A stretch of 64,000 nt of DNA. It comes from an uncultured delta proteobacterium. Its GTDB lineage: Bacteria > Desulfobacterota > Desulfomonilia > UBA1062. Location of the stretch: the NCBI GenBank assembly GCA_963798485.1, contig CAWCTR010000014.1, forward strand, positions 160,001 to 224,000, given 5' to 3'. Below the pieces are notes generated by a model. It saw only the letters and a program-made list of their open reading frames with translations, was not told where the DNA came from and did no database searches. Of the stretch, positions 1 to 10,077 are shown one piece after another. Made by a program: the position numbers and the translations under genes. Every line of letters starts with the position of its first letter. The stretch's first letter is position 1.

Positions 1-400
1 TTACATGATACTGTTTGGTGGAACAGTCATTACTAATACTCCTGCTGGTTTTCCATCATTAACAAATGATATCAAGAGGGCTTTAGCCCATGGAACAGAT
101 AGTTGTTTGGATACTGCTTTCAAGAAGCTAAAAATGCAAATGGACGAGCTAAAGTTTAAGGTCCAGGCTATCTGTATTATTTCAGACTTCAAACTATTAG
201 GTGGGTCAGGAAAGATTCCTGATGATCCTAAGTTTGCTGTACCCTACTTAGCATTTCAAATAACTCCCAAAAGGGATAGAAGTTATTTAGAGGGATGGCT
301 ACAAGCTAATACAGATCATGATATTTTTGCGCTATCAGTTTATCATGACCATTTATTCATAATAAAACCGATGATTGAAAAAAAGAAGAGGTTAACTTAG
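1..400 (+). CDS. hypothetical protein, 3' part (truncated by window edge)
   Basis: Open frame from window start to TAG at 400; no recognisable motif. Confidence 0.5.
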   Translation, partial: YMILFGGTVITNTPAGFPSLTNDIKRALAHGTDSCLDTAFKKLKMQMDELKFKVQAICIISDFKLLGGSGKIPDDPKFAVPYLAFQITPKRDRSYLEGWLQANTDHDIFALSVYHDHLFIIKPMIEKKKRLT

Positions 401-519
401 ATCATTACAAGTATCACTTGAAGTCTGAAACCTGAAGATTATAGGTTGAAACATACGAAGCATATCACGTTATATCAGAGCGTAGCGCCTGGCACCCATT
501 AAAAGGCCCCTGTCAATAA

Positions 520-948
520 AAACATAGTTCACCATCGCACTTTTTTTTGCAGGTCTAACGTATAGCCAGCTGGGATCATGCCAACGATTCCCTTTCTGCG
601 CCCTGTTTTTCATTATGCTCAGGTGACAGATTACAATCTGCACCAGGCACCCATCGGGTTTTAGACTGCACAGCGAGAGGATGAACCTAGATGAGTAGCC
701 CTCTCAACCCGTACGCCCCTAACAGCATCTGCTGTCCCAGAAAAATATCGGTTCCTTGCCATGTTCAATTGTAAGTGACACGACAATAGGCTCTTCCGGC
801 CACACCTTAAAGACTCATGGCAAAGGCAGATCTGAACCATCGGAATTACCTCCACTGGATTCTTGTTTATAAGAGAGGGGTAAACGGCGGAGCAACCACG
901 AAAATGGTTCTTAGCCACCAAACGTCTGGTCTCGCCGTTTTCCCCTGC
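520..948 (-). ncRNA. candidate bridge/seek RNA region of IS110 element
   Basis: Long non-coding 3' end; first stem AGGGGAAAACGGCG/CGCCGTTTACCCCT with internal loop; second loop contains ATGGGTG matching the element right end. Confidence 0.55.
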
Positions 949-1974
949 TCAGCAAAAGAGCATCTCTTCCTTGAACTCAACGCCATCTCTGAGCATATAG
1001 TAGCAGGCCCTGGCAAGCTTGCTTGCTATGGTCTTGATTGCCACCATCCTGTGAGTTTTCGAAGCCTTCCTTTTGTAGTAGCCGGCAATCTTCGGGGACT
1101 GCCTTAGGGAGATAAACGCCGCTTCAACAAATGCCCAAGCCAGATACCGGTTCCCATTCTTTGCATTGCCTTTGCCCTTGCTCTTCCCGTTCGAAAACCT
1201 CCCGGTAGGAACACAACGGCAGTAAGAGGAGAAGTCTCCCACCCTTGCAAACCGCGAAATATCTCCCACTTCCAGCATGATCGTCATGGCAAGGATGTCA
1301 CCGATCCCAGGAACCATGTGCAGTTTCTCAAAAGCATCCCTCGTCTTCACTTCTCTCTTTACCGTCTTCTCGATATTCCTGATGTTCTTCCCGAGAAAGG
1401 CTATGGTTTCAAGGCTCGTTGTACCAAGGAGAACTAAGTGCTCCTCCTTCAATATCCCTTTGATGTCTTCCGATTTAACCTTCCTCAGTGCATTCGCACT
1501 CATGTGCACACCGGTGTTCCTCTCGATCATGGACTGCAGCGAGATGATATGGGCTGTTCTTTGCTTTACCAGGAATGATCTCTTCCTCAAGAGATCTCGA
1601 ACCGGTCGCTCTTCCCTGGGATAGATATATCCTTCAGGGAGAATGCCGAGAGACATCATCTGCGCAAGCCAGAAGGCATCATGTCGGTCATCCGCATACT
1701 TGAGCCCTTTGTACTGCTGTATCGCTGCAGGATTGGCAAGATGTACACAATCATACCCTGCCTCATTGAGCCCATCCACCAGCCAGTACCAGTTAAAGGT
1801 GCTTTCGACAGCTATCCCCCTGATCTCTTCACGGTAAGGGTTTAGGGTCCAAACGAGTTCTTCCAGGTTATTCTTTACACGCTTCTCGAAAACTCGCTTC
1901 ATTGTTCCCTTCTCGATCAGCCCTATGTACGTGTTCCCTGAATGGAGATCCAACCCGGCATACAGCTCACTCAT
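949..1974 (-). CDS. IS110-family DEDD recombinase/transposase
   Basis: N-terminal GLDLHS, ESTFNWYW, K.DD..DA motifs; C-terminal VPGIG..SNGK..GNRYL..A..EAA. Confidence 0.95.
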   Translation of the reverse strand: MSELYAGLDLHSGNTYIGLIEKGTMKRVFEKRVKNNLEELVWTLNPYREEIRGIAVESTFNWYWLVDGLNEAGYDCVHLANPAAIQQYKGLKYADDRHDAFWLAQMMSLGILPEGYIYPREERPVRDLLRKRSFLVKQRTAHIISLQSMIERNTGVHMSANALRKVKSEDIKGILKEEHLVLLGTTSLETIAFLGKNIRNIEKTVKREVKTRDAFEKLHMVPGIGDILAMTIMLEVGDISRFARVGDFSSYCRCVPTGRFSNGKSKGKGNAKNGNRYLAWAFVEAAFISLRQSPKIAGYYKRKASKTHRMVAIKTIASKLARACYYMLRDGVEFKEEMLFC

Positions 1975-2173
1975 GACACACCTCCTCCTGAGTTATTGTC
2001 TGTATTATAGCCGTGCGATCTTGGCGAAAGTGCCTTTTAGATGATTATCACGTTATCTACAGTTTATACCAACTCGATATTACCTTAAGCTATATTAGGT
2101 CATTTCATTTTGTTCTTTACAAAGAATTACAATTACATTAATGTATTATGCTTCAATTTAATTTTATACATCT

Positions 2174-3587
2174 GAGCCAATTGCAAAATTCACAATTTAC
2201 GATAATATTGTAAAAAGCATGATAAGTAGTTGAAATAATGAAGAGAGTGCTCTATCCTTTTATTCTACGACAAACAAAAGGAAGGAGCAACAATGAGCAC
2301 TCTCTTCGATATCTGGCATACCACACAGGCGAGACTTTTTCCATGGTTAGAAGAGAGGCTCGACCCATTGAGCGAGAAAGAAGAGCGGTTTGTGCAGGTT
2401 GTATCTCTCATGGATCTGAGTAAACACATGTGGGAGTATCGGTGGATCGGGATAGGGAGGAAGCGTGAGGACAGGGCTTCTATAGCGAAGGCGTTTGTGG
2501 CCAAAGCGGTATACAATTTCGAGACGACGAAAGTGCTCATAGAATATCTGTGTGGCTGCAAGAATCTGAGGCGGTTATGCGGATGGGAGACACGTGGAGA
2601 TATCCCATCGGAGTCGACCTTTTCACGAGCGTTTGCTGAGTATTCCCAGGGATGTCTTCCGCAGAAGATCCACGAGACCATGGTGAAGACACATTGTGGG
2701 GGCAAAATTGCTGGGCATGTAAGCCGTGATGCGACAGCGATTGAGGCACGAGAGAAGGTGGTAAAGAAGGAAGAGGAAGAAGCCGTACCTGGGCCGAAGA
2801 GGAAACGGGGTCGCCCGAAGCAAGGTGAAGAAGTAGCCCCCAGACCTCCGAAGAGGCTTGATCTTCAGGGAAAGAGACGTCTTGAAGAGAACCTATTGGA
2901 TCTGCCGTATCATTGTTCAGTGGGGACCAAGAAGGACAGTAAGGGATACAAGATGACCTGGAGGGGCTACAAACTGCACATCGACTGTATCGATGGGGAC
3001 ATTCCGGTGAGTGCATTATTAACCTCGGCATCATTGCACGATTCCCAGGCTGCGATACCGCTTATGCAGATGACCTCCGAGCGGGTAGTGAGCCTGTATG
3101 ATCTTATGGATGCTGCCTATGATGCCCCGCAGATCAAGGAGTTCAGTGAGACACTCTCTCATGTGCCGATCATCGATCCCAATCCCCGGCGTGGAGAGAA
3201 GATCCCCATGGATCCTGCCAAAAAGGCACGATTTGCGCAGAGGAGCAGCATTGAGCGGGTGAATTCGTATTTGAAAGATAACCATGGAGGGAGTCATATA
3301 CGGGTGAAGGGCGCGTCCAAGGTTATGGCGCATCTCATGTTCGGGCTTATTGTCATAACTGCGAATCAGCTGTTCCAGATGCTTTGTTGAAGGATGAATC
3401 AACAGAGCCCGGATATTTTTGCAGCACCTGTTGGACAGGAAGGCGGATAACTGTACTCGAAAATCGACATATGGGTGGCGTTGAGGATAGAATCATCGAG
3501 TAAATGGTGCTCATGATCTTTACAAAGAAGTAGACAATGGCATTATGCTTCAATATCTATAACGGGAGAGAGTTTTGCAATCGGCTC
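2174..3587 (+). mobile_element. DDE insertion sequence (IS1182/IS5-like), 1414 bp
   Basis: TIR GAGCCAATTGCAAAATTC / GAGTTTTGCAATCGGCTC; 4-bp DR ATCT at 2170-2173 and 3588-3591. Confidence 0.88.
2293..3390 (+). CDS. DDE transposase
   Basis: IPSESTFSRAF, SRDATAI, GYKLH, MDAAYD, R.SIERVNSYLK motifs. Confidence 0.92.
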   Translation: MSTLFDIWHTTQARLFPWLEERLDPLSEKEERFVQVVSLMDLSKHMWEYRWIGIGRKREDRASIAKAFVAKAVYNFETTKVLIEYLCGCKNLRRLCGWETRGDIPSESTFSRAFAEYSQGCLPQKIHETMVKTHCGGKIAGHVSRDATAIEAREKVVKKEEEEAVPGPKRKRGRPKQGEEVAPRPPKRLDLQGKRRLEENLLDLPYHCSVGTKKDSKGYKMTWRGYKLHIDCIDGDIPVSALLTSASLHDSQAAIPLMQMTSERVVSLYDLMDAAYDAPQIKEFSETLSHVPIIDPNPRRGEKIPMDPAKKARFAQRSSIERVNSYLKDNHGGSHIRVKGASKVMAHLMFGLIVITANQLFQMLC

Positions 3588-3620
3588 ATCTGAGATATAA
3601 TATCTTATGGGGGTTTATCT

Positions 3621-5093
3621 ATGAGCACAAGAGTCATCCTTAAGATCATAGGGACAATTGTGTCTATTTCCATGATTATGCTCTTTGTCACGTGTGGAGG
3701 AGGTGGCGGCGGTGGCGGAAGTGCTTCACCAGAATCCACTTCATTCAGCATATCCGGTACAGTGAGTGGAGCTGTTTCGTCTGGTGTGACCATAACCCTT
3801 AGTGGCACTAGCTCAGGAACGGCTACAACCAATGCAAGCGGGAACTACACCTTCACAGGACTGGCTAACGGTTCTTACACGGTCTCCCCATCACAGCCAG
3901 GGTATACATTCACTCCTACCAGCGAGGCTGTTGCGATCAATGGAGCCAACATAACCTCAATTAATTTCGTAGCTACAGCTAACACAAGCCCAACCTATAC
4001 TATTTCTGGGACAGTGACATTAAGCGGTGGTGGAGCATTACCTGGTGTGACAATCACATTATCCGGCAATAATTCAGGAACTGCTATGACCGATGCAAGT
4101 GGCAACTACACCTTCACCGGACTGACTAACGGTTCTTACACGGTCACCCCATCACTTTCTGGGTATACATTCACTCCTCCAAGCATAGCGGTTGCAGTTA
4201 ATGGAGTAAATATCACTTCCGTTAATTTCACGGCAACAGCCAATTCGGCCTCGACATACAGCATTTCAGGGACAGTGACATTAAGTGGTGGTGGAGCCTT
4301 AAATGGCGTAACCATGACCCTGAAAGGCACGAACACTACGACAACTCAAACCGATACCAAAGGAAACTATACCTTCACAGGACTGGCTAACGGTTCTTAC
4401 ACAGTCTCCCCATCACTTGTTGGGTATACATTCACTCCTGCCAGCAAGGCTGTTACGATCAATGGAGCCAATGCTTCTTCTATCAATTTTGTAGCAACAA
4501 TCATAAAGACCCTGGCTTACAGCATCTCTGGGACAGTGACATTAAGCGGTGGTGGAGCATTACCTGGTGTGACAATCACATTATCCGGCGATGGATCAGG
4601 AACGGCTACAACCGATGCAAGTGGCAACTACACCTTCAAAGGACTGACTGGCGGTTCTTACTCGGTCACCCCATCACAGCAAGTGTATATCTTCATTCCT
4701 ACTAGCCTGGAGGTTACGATCAATGGAGCCAATTCAACTTCCAATAACTTCACAGCCTACATAAATGTTGCCGGTACTTGGAAATCTACGTTTGAAGTAA
4801 CTAGTGGTGATTGCCACCCTATAGGACAAGTTAATAATTATACTGGTCTTATAACACAAAATGGTAATCAGCTTACAATGTTTAATACTAGCTGTTCAAT
4901 AATTGAGAATACAATCAAATTTACTTCGATCGGGCCTAGTCCTACGGTTGGTGGTACTGGAACTAGTACATTTATTCTCACTGTTTCTCAAGATGGTAAC
5001 AGTATGAGTGGTACACAAAATCTATCTTGGACTAATGGTTCCTCTTCATGTTCTGAAACAGATACAATCAGTTGTACAAAAATTTCTGACTGA
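3621..5093 (+). CDS. surface lipoprotein with 4 tandem carboxypeptidase-regulatory/SdrD-B-like beta-sandwich repeats
   Basis: Signal peptide ending LFVTC then poly-Gly linker; ~87-aa repeats ISGTV...TD.SGNYTFTGL.NGSYTV.PS. Confidence 0.85.
   Translation: MSTRVILKIIGTIVSISMIMLFVTCGGGGGGGGSASPESTSFSISGTVSGAVSSGVTITLSGTSSGTATTNASGNYTFTGLANGSYTVSPSQPGYTFTPTSEAVAINGANITSINFVATANTSPTYTISGTVTLSGGGALPGVTITLSGNNSGTAMTDASGNYTFTGLTNGSYTVTPSLSGYTFTPPSIAVAVNGVNITSVNFTATANSASTYSISGTVTLSGGGALNGVTMTLKGTNTTTTQTDTKGNYTFTGLANGSYTVSPSLVGYTFTPASKAVTINGANASSINFVATIIKTLAYSISGTVTLSGGGALPGVTITLSGDGSGTATTDASGNYTFKGLTGGSYSVTPSQQVYIFIPTSLEVTINGANSTSNNFTAYINVAGTWKSTFEVTSGDCHPIGQVNNYTGLITQNGNQLTMFNTSCSIIENTIKFTSIGPSPTVGGTGTSTFILTVSQDGNSMSGTQNLSWTNGSSSCSETDTISCTKISD
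3744..4760 (+). repeat. four intragenic ~261-bp tandem repeats
   Basis: Repeat starts near 3744, 3996, 4257, 4518 with long identical blocks. Confidence 0.85.
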
Positions 5094-6248
5094 GGAGGTA
5101 GAAAATTTAGTAAGTATTTACTCAGTTATCATAGAATATAATTATCATTTTGCTATTGGTAATTAGAAGAGCTAGAAAGCCTCTTAGTAACTGGCTTCAT
5201 GATTTACTTGATATATTAAGAATTATACTTGGTACTGCTTGTTTTATCTACAGGGGACAGAGACGATTTTCTAATACTGTTGATTTTTTAGATAAATCGC
5301 TGGCCCCAACCTCAGATTATGAACCGTTGATTCCTATGAAAGAATTCCTTGCTTCAGGCACAAAAATACAATGACCCAATTACAGGCCCAATTGAAGGAT
5401 AGCATCCACATTTATCCTCCCATTGGAACTACTCCCGCCTCAAGGGATCTCCAACAGGTTGGATAAAGGGAATCATGTATATCTGTATAATAATCTTTCA
5501 TTGGTCGGGGTGGAAGACCCTTCCATGAGTGATTCCTGCGATAACTCATTACCCCACTCTTCATCTCCTTAAGCAGAGATCATGAAGCAAGATCTCTGAA
5601 TCCATACCAGATCATCTTGAAGCCCATATGTGATGCCTTATATGACCATTCATTATGATATAATTAGACTGTACTTCTGCATGATAACATATTAAATCGT
5701 CATAGTGAGAATCCTCCTGGATAACAAGGTTAATTAGGACCCAACGAACCTATACAAGCTTTCAAGCCTCTGATATCCTTAACGTATCAATATTATTTCC
5801 CTAACCATACTGATACTCTTCATTTTCATAATCATTATTGTATAATGCTATTATATATAAATGTTTTCACATTCTTCCTTGATTTCCAGAAAAAAAAGGC
5901 TATATACCATAATGAAGTTATAATAGGTTTGATTATCCATATATCTCTGGTGATTGATTACCTATTATATCCAAACACTATTTAGTACTTATTTATTAGG
6001 AGGCTATTTACTATGTATCAAGGGTTAAATTACAGATTGAGAATAGTTGCTAGGTATTTATCAAGTAGAGATACAACAAAGCATTGGTCTATTACTGCTC
6101 AGACCATGATATATTGTAATTTAATGGTACATTGTGGCAGTCAGGAAGCCATATTTTAAAGACTTAGGGTAAATAATAGATAATGTTGACCCAATCCACC
6201 ATACAGACCTATAATACACTCAATACTTCAGAGTGGGATTGGGGATTT

Positions 6249-7415
6249 ATGGAAATTGGACAGGTCTGCGAGAGGAAAAGGAATGGATATACGGAGTATT
6301 GGGTAGAAGTATGGTGGGGAAATCCCAAGCAACGGTATACATTCACTCAGATACCCATACCTTCACCCAGGGGAACTGAATGGAAATCATGCAATAGGAA
6401 CAAAGCATTGGCTGAATTTCTTTTGTCTATCATTAGGGAACGTATAAAGAATCATGTATTTGTACCAAGTGAATTCCGAAAGCAGAGTCCTATGCAGTTT
6501 GATATCTATGCCAAGTTATGGCTTGAAATGAAGAAACCTAACATAGGAACTGGTCACTATCATGTTATGAACTGGGCAATTTACAATTACCTCATACCTC
6601 AATTAGGCACCATATATCTTCCCAACATATCTAGTATAAGATTAAGGCAGTTACAGAATAATTTGGAGAGTGTGAGGAAAAAGGGAGTATCACTGGATGT
6701 GAAGACCAAGAAGAATGTCATGGATACACTTACAGCTATGCTCAATGATGCATGTCCTGATTACATCTCAGTGGTTCCTAAGTTCCCAGGGTTCAAGGGT
6801 AGTGAAGCCATTATTCCTCCTGATATAAAGGTGCCCATGATAGAAGATATCTTCAATATAATAACGAAGATACCTGAGGATGACAGACTAATATTCATGT
6901 TTATGATCTTCAGTGGTTGCCGTCCCTCTGAAGCAAGAGCCTTCAGAAAAGAAGATATACGTGGTGATCATATTATGTTCGTTAAGACCTTTGATGCCAG
7001 AGGAAACCTTGTGCCTGTTAAGGGAAAGAAGCCTCTACCCTTCCCCATGACTGAATCTTTGAGATGGGTACTGGATCAATCACCTAAAAATCTGACTCCT
7101 CATGTGTTTGTTAATCCCAGAACTGGTAGGCCATACATTGCAAGCATATTACCTGAGATATGGAACACTGCCAGGAAAGAAGCAGGGTTTGGATATCTGA
7201 AGCTATACAATTGCACGAGACATGCATTCGCTACACTGATGAGAAAAAGTGGTATGGATTTGGCTGATGTCAGAGATCTAATGCGTCATTCGGATATTAA
7301 AATGACAGCCAGGTATGACCATTCAACAGTCATTAGATTAGCCTCTCAGGTTGACAAAATTCTGCACTTCCCTGGTGGCATGATGTTGGCATCGGAAATT
7401 AAGTCTTCTAACTGA
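6249..7415 (+). CDS. phage-type tyrosine integrase (distal island)
   Basis: GCRPSE, TRHAFAT, RHSDIKMT..Y catalytic motifs; ends beside tRNA-derived att; likely start at 6249 (ORF track 6183). Confidence 0.93.
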   Translation: MEIGQVCERKRNGYTEYWVEVWWGNPKQRYTFTQIPIPSPRGTEWKSCNRNKALAEFLLSIIRERIKNHVFVPSEFRKQSPMQFDIYAKLWLEMKKPNIGTGHYHVMNWAIYNYLIPQLGTIYLPNISSIRLRQLQNNLESVRKKGVSLDVKTKKNVMDTLTAMLNDACPDYISVVPKFPGFKGSEAIIPPDIKVPMIEDIFNIITKIPEDDRLIFMFMIFSGCRPSEARAFRKEDIRGDHIMFVKTFDARGNLVPVKGKKPLPFPMTESLRWVLDQSPKNLTPHVFVNPRTGRPYIASILPEIWNTARKEAGFGYLKLYNCTRHAFATLMRKSGMDLADVRDLMRHSDIKMTARYDHSTVIRLASQVDKILHFPGGMMLASEIKSSN

Positions 7416-7434
7416 TTGATATTAAAGGGATAAT

Positions 7435-7457
7435 TGGTGGGCAGCGTAGGATTTGAA
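7435..7457 (-). other. att site: displaced 3' end of tRNA-Val incl. CCA
   Basis: Minus strand TTCAAATCCTACGCTGCCCACCA; 7438-7457 matches 25953-25972 at 19/20. Confidence 0.9.
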
Positions 7458-7763
7458 GATATGGGTGATGTGGCTATGACTGAATCTATGAGGTGCTACG
7501 GAACCCTTACGGAACTCTTGCAGTCAGCTTCACATCTCGATCTGCAATCAAGAGCATACGCCATGTGAATGACTTGGGTGCATATACTGGGGTTATCTCG
7601 AATATTATGAATAAATTTCTTTTTCATATGCCCATAAATTCATTGTCAGCAGGGATGCGTGAATTCCGGTGAAAGCGGCCACGTGTTCCGATTCAAAGCG
7701 GCCACCAATATGATGAAAGCGGCCACCCCGTCGGAGCCGTCAGGCGACGCTGGTTTTTTCTCC

Positions 7764-8522
7764 TTACACTGTTTCTTCCTCCTGTGTAAATAATGCCTTT
7801 TTCCTTCTCATCGAGTCTTTTCCTGTCAGGTTTATCTTGTGGGCGTTGTGCACCAGCCTGTCAAGAAGGGCATCGGCGATGGTGGGGTCTCCTACGACCT
7901 CATGCCAGTGTTCCACCGGGAGCTGGCTCGTGATGATGGTGGAGGCAACTTCGTACCGGTCATCGATCACATCCAGGAGATCTCTCCTCTCCGGATCGGT
8001 GAGAACTGCAAGGCCGAAGTCATCAAGGATGAGCACAGGCACTTTTGCCAGTCTTGATGATATACTTTCGTAACTCCCGTCCGCTTTTGAGATGGATAAC
8101 GTGTAATAGAACTTCGGGCACCTCACGTAGAAGGCGCCATATCCTTCCCTGCAGGCCTTGTGAGCCAGCGCACAAGCGAGGTAGGTTTTGCCCGACCCCG
8201 TCGGTCCTGTTATGATCACGTTACGGTGCTTCCTTATCCACTCGCAGGTTCCAAGAGAGAGTATTACCGATTTGTCCAGGCCTCTCGGTGTTCGATAATC
8301 GAGGTCTTCCATTGAGGCAGAGAGCTTCAGCTTGGCACTTTGAAGAAGACGCTTCATTCTCTTGTTCTCCCGGAAGAGGTATTGGGCATCCACCAGGAGG
8401 GCGAATCGTTCTTCGAAGGCAAGCCCGTCGAGGTCGGCCCTTGTCATCTGGTCCTTCATTGCCTCTGCCATGCCGTTAAGCTTCATGGTGTAGAGCTTCT
8501 CATACGTCTGTTCATTGAGCAT
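7764..8522 (-). CDS. istB: IS21 ATPase IstB
   Basis: GPTGSGKT Walker A, LILDDFG, TSQLP, DALLDRLVH. Confidence 0.95.
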   Translation of the reverse strand: MLNEQTYEKLYTMKLNGMAEAMKDQMTRADLDGLAFEERFALLVDAQYLFRENKRMKRLLQSAKLKLSASMEDLDYRTPRGLDKSVILSLGTCEWIRKHRNVIITGPTGSGKTYLACALAHKACREGYGAFYVRCPKFYYTLSISKADGSYESISSRLAKVPVLILDDFGLAVLTDPERRDLLDVIDDRYEVASTIITSQLPVEHWHEVVGDPTIADALLDRLVHNAHKINLTGKDSMRRKKALFTQEEETV

Positions 8523-10077
8523 TATTTTCTCCTTTCACATAGTAGGATTTGCCACGGATGTTCTCGTGGGTTATGGGTGATGACGGCCTATCGGGAGGCA
8601 ACTCTTTGCCGTCCAGATTGTTCTCAAGGATCGACTTGACGCTTCTATACGAATAGGCCTTCATGAGAAGAGCCCTGGTGCATGCGGCCTCAAGTCTCTT
8701 CTGTCCGTAAGGCTTTTCCAGACGGATGATGCCGAGGCATGACCTGAAGCCTTGCTCGGGGTGGGATTTGCTCTCCATTATCTCTTTCAAAAGCAATCCT
8801 GTAGAGGGTCCTGTCTTCTCCGCCCATCTGATGATACGGGAAGGAGTCCATTCGAGATAGCGCTTATGGGACTCGGGCATATGATCGGTGACGGTGGTGT
8901 GCCTGGAGGGTTCATAGCTCCTTGCATGGGAGGCCACCCTCTTGCCTTTGAAGAAGATCTCCACGGTCCTGGCCGTGATCCTCGCAGTTACCACCTGGCC
9001 TTTCAGTTGATAGGGGACGCTGTAGTAGTGGCGTCTTATTTCGACGTGGTAGTCGATGTTCACCCTAGGCTTCTCCCACTCGGCATACTCATAGCGATCC
9101 TGAGGCAGGGGTTTCATGGCAGGCCGGTCAATGGTCTCGAAAAGCTCTTTTCGTGGGACCTTCATCTTCTGCAGGGGCCGGTTGTTCAACTCTGCTACTT
9201 TATCACGGATGGCCTTGTTCAGTTCTTCGATACTGAAGAAGGTATGGTTCCTTAAGGATGCGATGATCCAGCGCTCGGCAATGAGCACGGCCGATTCCAC
9301 CTTGGCTTTGTCTCTTGGTTTCGCCACCCGTGCGGGGATTATGGTCGTGCCATAGTGCGTCGCCATTTCCTGGTAGGTGGGATTGATCTCCGGTTCGTAC
9401 CGGCAGGGACGGCTTACGCCGGCTTTCAGGTTATCCGGGACCGTGATCAGGGGAACCGCACCCAGGAACTGGAACGTATGTACATGCAGGCTGATCCAGG
9501 CGTAGAGGTCCTGGGAGAGCGACGCCTGTGCATACGTGTAGTTGCTGGCGCCCATGGTCGCCACAAAGAGATAGGCCGGGCTGATGGCGCCGGTCATCTC
9601 ATCGTGGATGGGGATCGTATCGCCGGCAAAGTCGACAAACAGCTTTTCACCGGCTTTGTAGTCCTGTCTCAGCGAGACATCCAGGGTTTTTGCCCATTCC
9701 CGGTAGCGCTGGCAGAACTGGCTGTATTGGTAGCCTTCAGGGTTGTTCTCACGATACTCATGCCAGAGCAGCTGCAGGGTGGTATGCTTTTTCTTGAGCT
9801 CCTTGTACAGATAATCGTAGGAAGGCATGTTCCTTCCCTGGACCTCAAGGGATGCGCTGCGGGGGAAGAGCAGGTTCTCAAGCGCCGTATCGTCCAGGTC
9901 ATCGGACAAGGGCCAGGACAGGCCGGCCTTCCTGGCCCTGTCCAGATACTCCCTGGCCGCGGTACGGCCAATGCTACAGCTTTCAGCTGCCTGCCTGGCT
10001 GATATCCCGCCACCTAAGCACAGGCGCAGTACTTCTTTGATCTTCCGCATGGATAACCTCACATTCGCCATAACCAC
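8512..10077 (-). CDS. istA: IS21 transposase IstA
   Basis: N-terminal HTH, FVDFAG, VPDNLK, PRDKAKVE, HENIRG. Confidence 0.95.
   Translation of the reverse strand: MVMANVRLSMRKIKEVLRLCLGGGISARQAAESCSIGRTAAREYLDRARKAGLSWPLSDDLDDTALENLLFPRSASLEVQGRNMPSYDYLYKELKKKHTTLQLLWHEYRENNPEGYQYSQFCQRYREWAKTLDVSLRQDYKAGEKLFVDFAGDTIPIHDEMTGAISPAYLFVATMGASNYTYAQASLSQDLYAWISLHVHTFQFLGAVPLITVPDNLKAGVSRPCRYEPEINPTYQEMATHYGTTIIPARVAKPRDKAKVESAVLIAERWIIASLRNHTFFSIEELNKAIRDKVAELNNRPLQKMKVPRKELFETIDRPAMKPLPQDRYEYAEWEKPRVNIDYHVEIRRHYYSVPYQLKGQVVTARITARTVEIFFKGKRVASHARSYEPSRHTTVTDHMPESHKRYLEWTPSRIIRWAEKTGPSTGLLLKEIMESKSHPEQGFRSCLGIIRLEKPYGQKRLEAACTRALLMKAYSYRSVKSILENNLDGKELPPDRPSSPITHENIRGKSYYVKGENNAQ

Larger units (their letters stand above)
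493..2051 (-). mobile_element. IS110-family (IS1111-like) insertion sequence
   Basis: Transposase gene; subterminal IR CATTAAAAGGC (497-507) / GCCTTTTAGATG (2032-2043); shared core CAC at 493-495 and 2049-2051; joining the ends creates TTGACA-17bp-GATAAT. Confidence 0.8.

Noticed and set aside
3744-4760. Lipoprotein repeats as a diversity-generating retroelement TR/VR pair
   Set aside because: All copies are in-frame domains, differences are not adenine-specific, and no reverse transcriptase is present
5150-5374. 74-aa ORF
   Set aside because: TTG start without RBS and no motif; not supported
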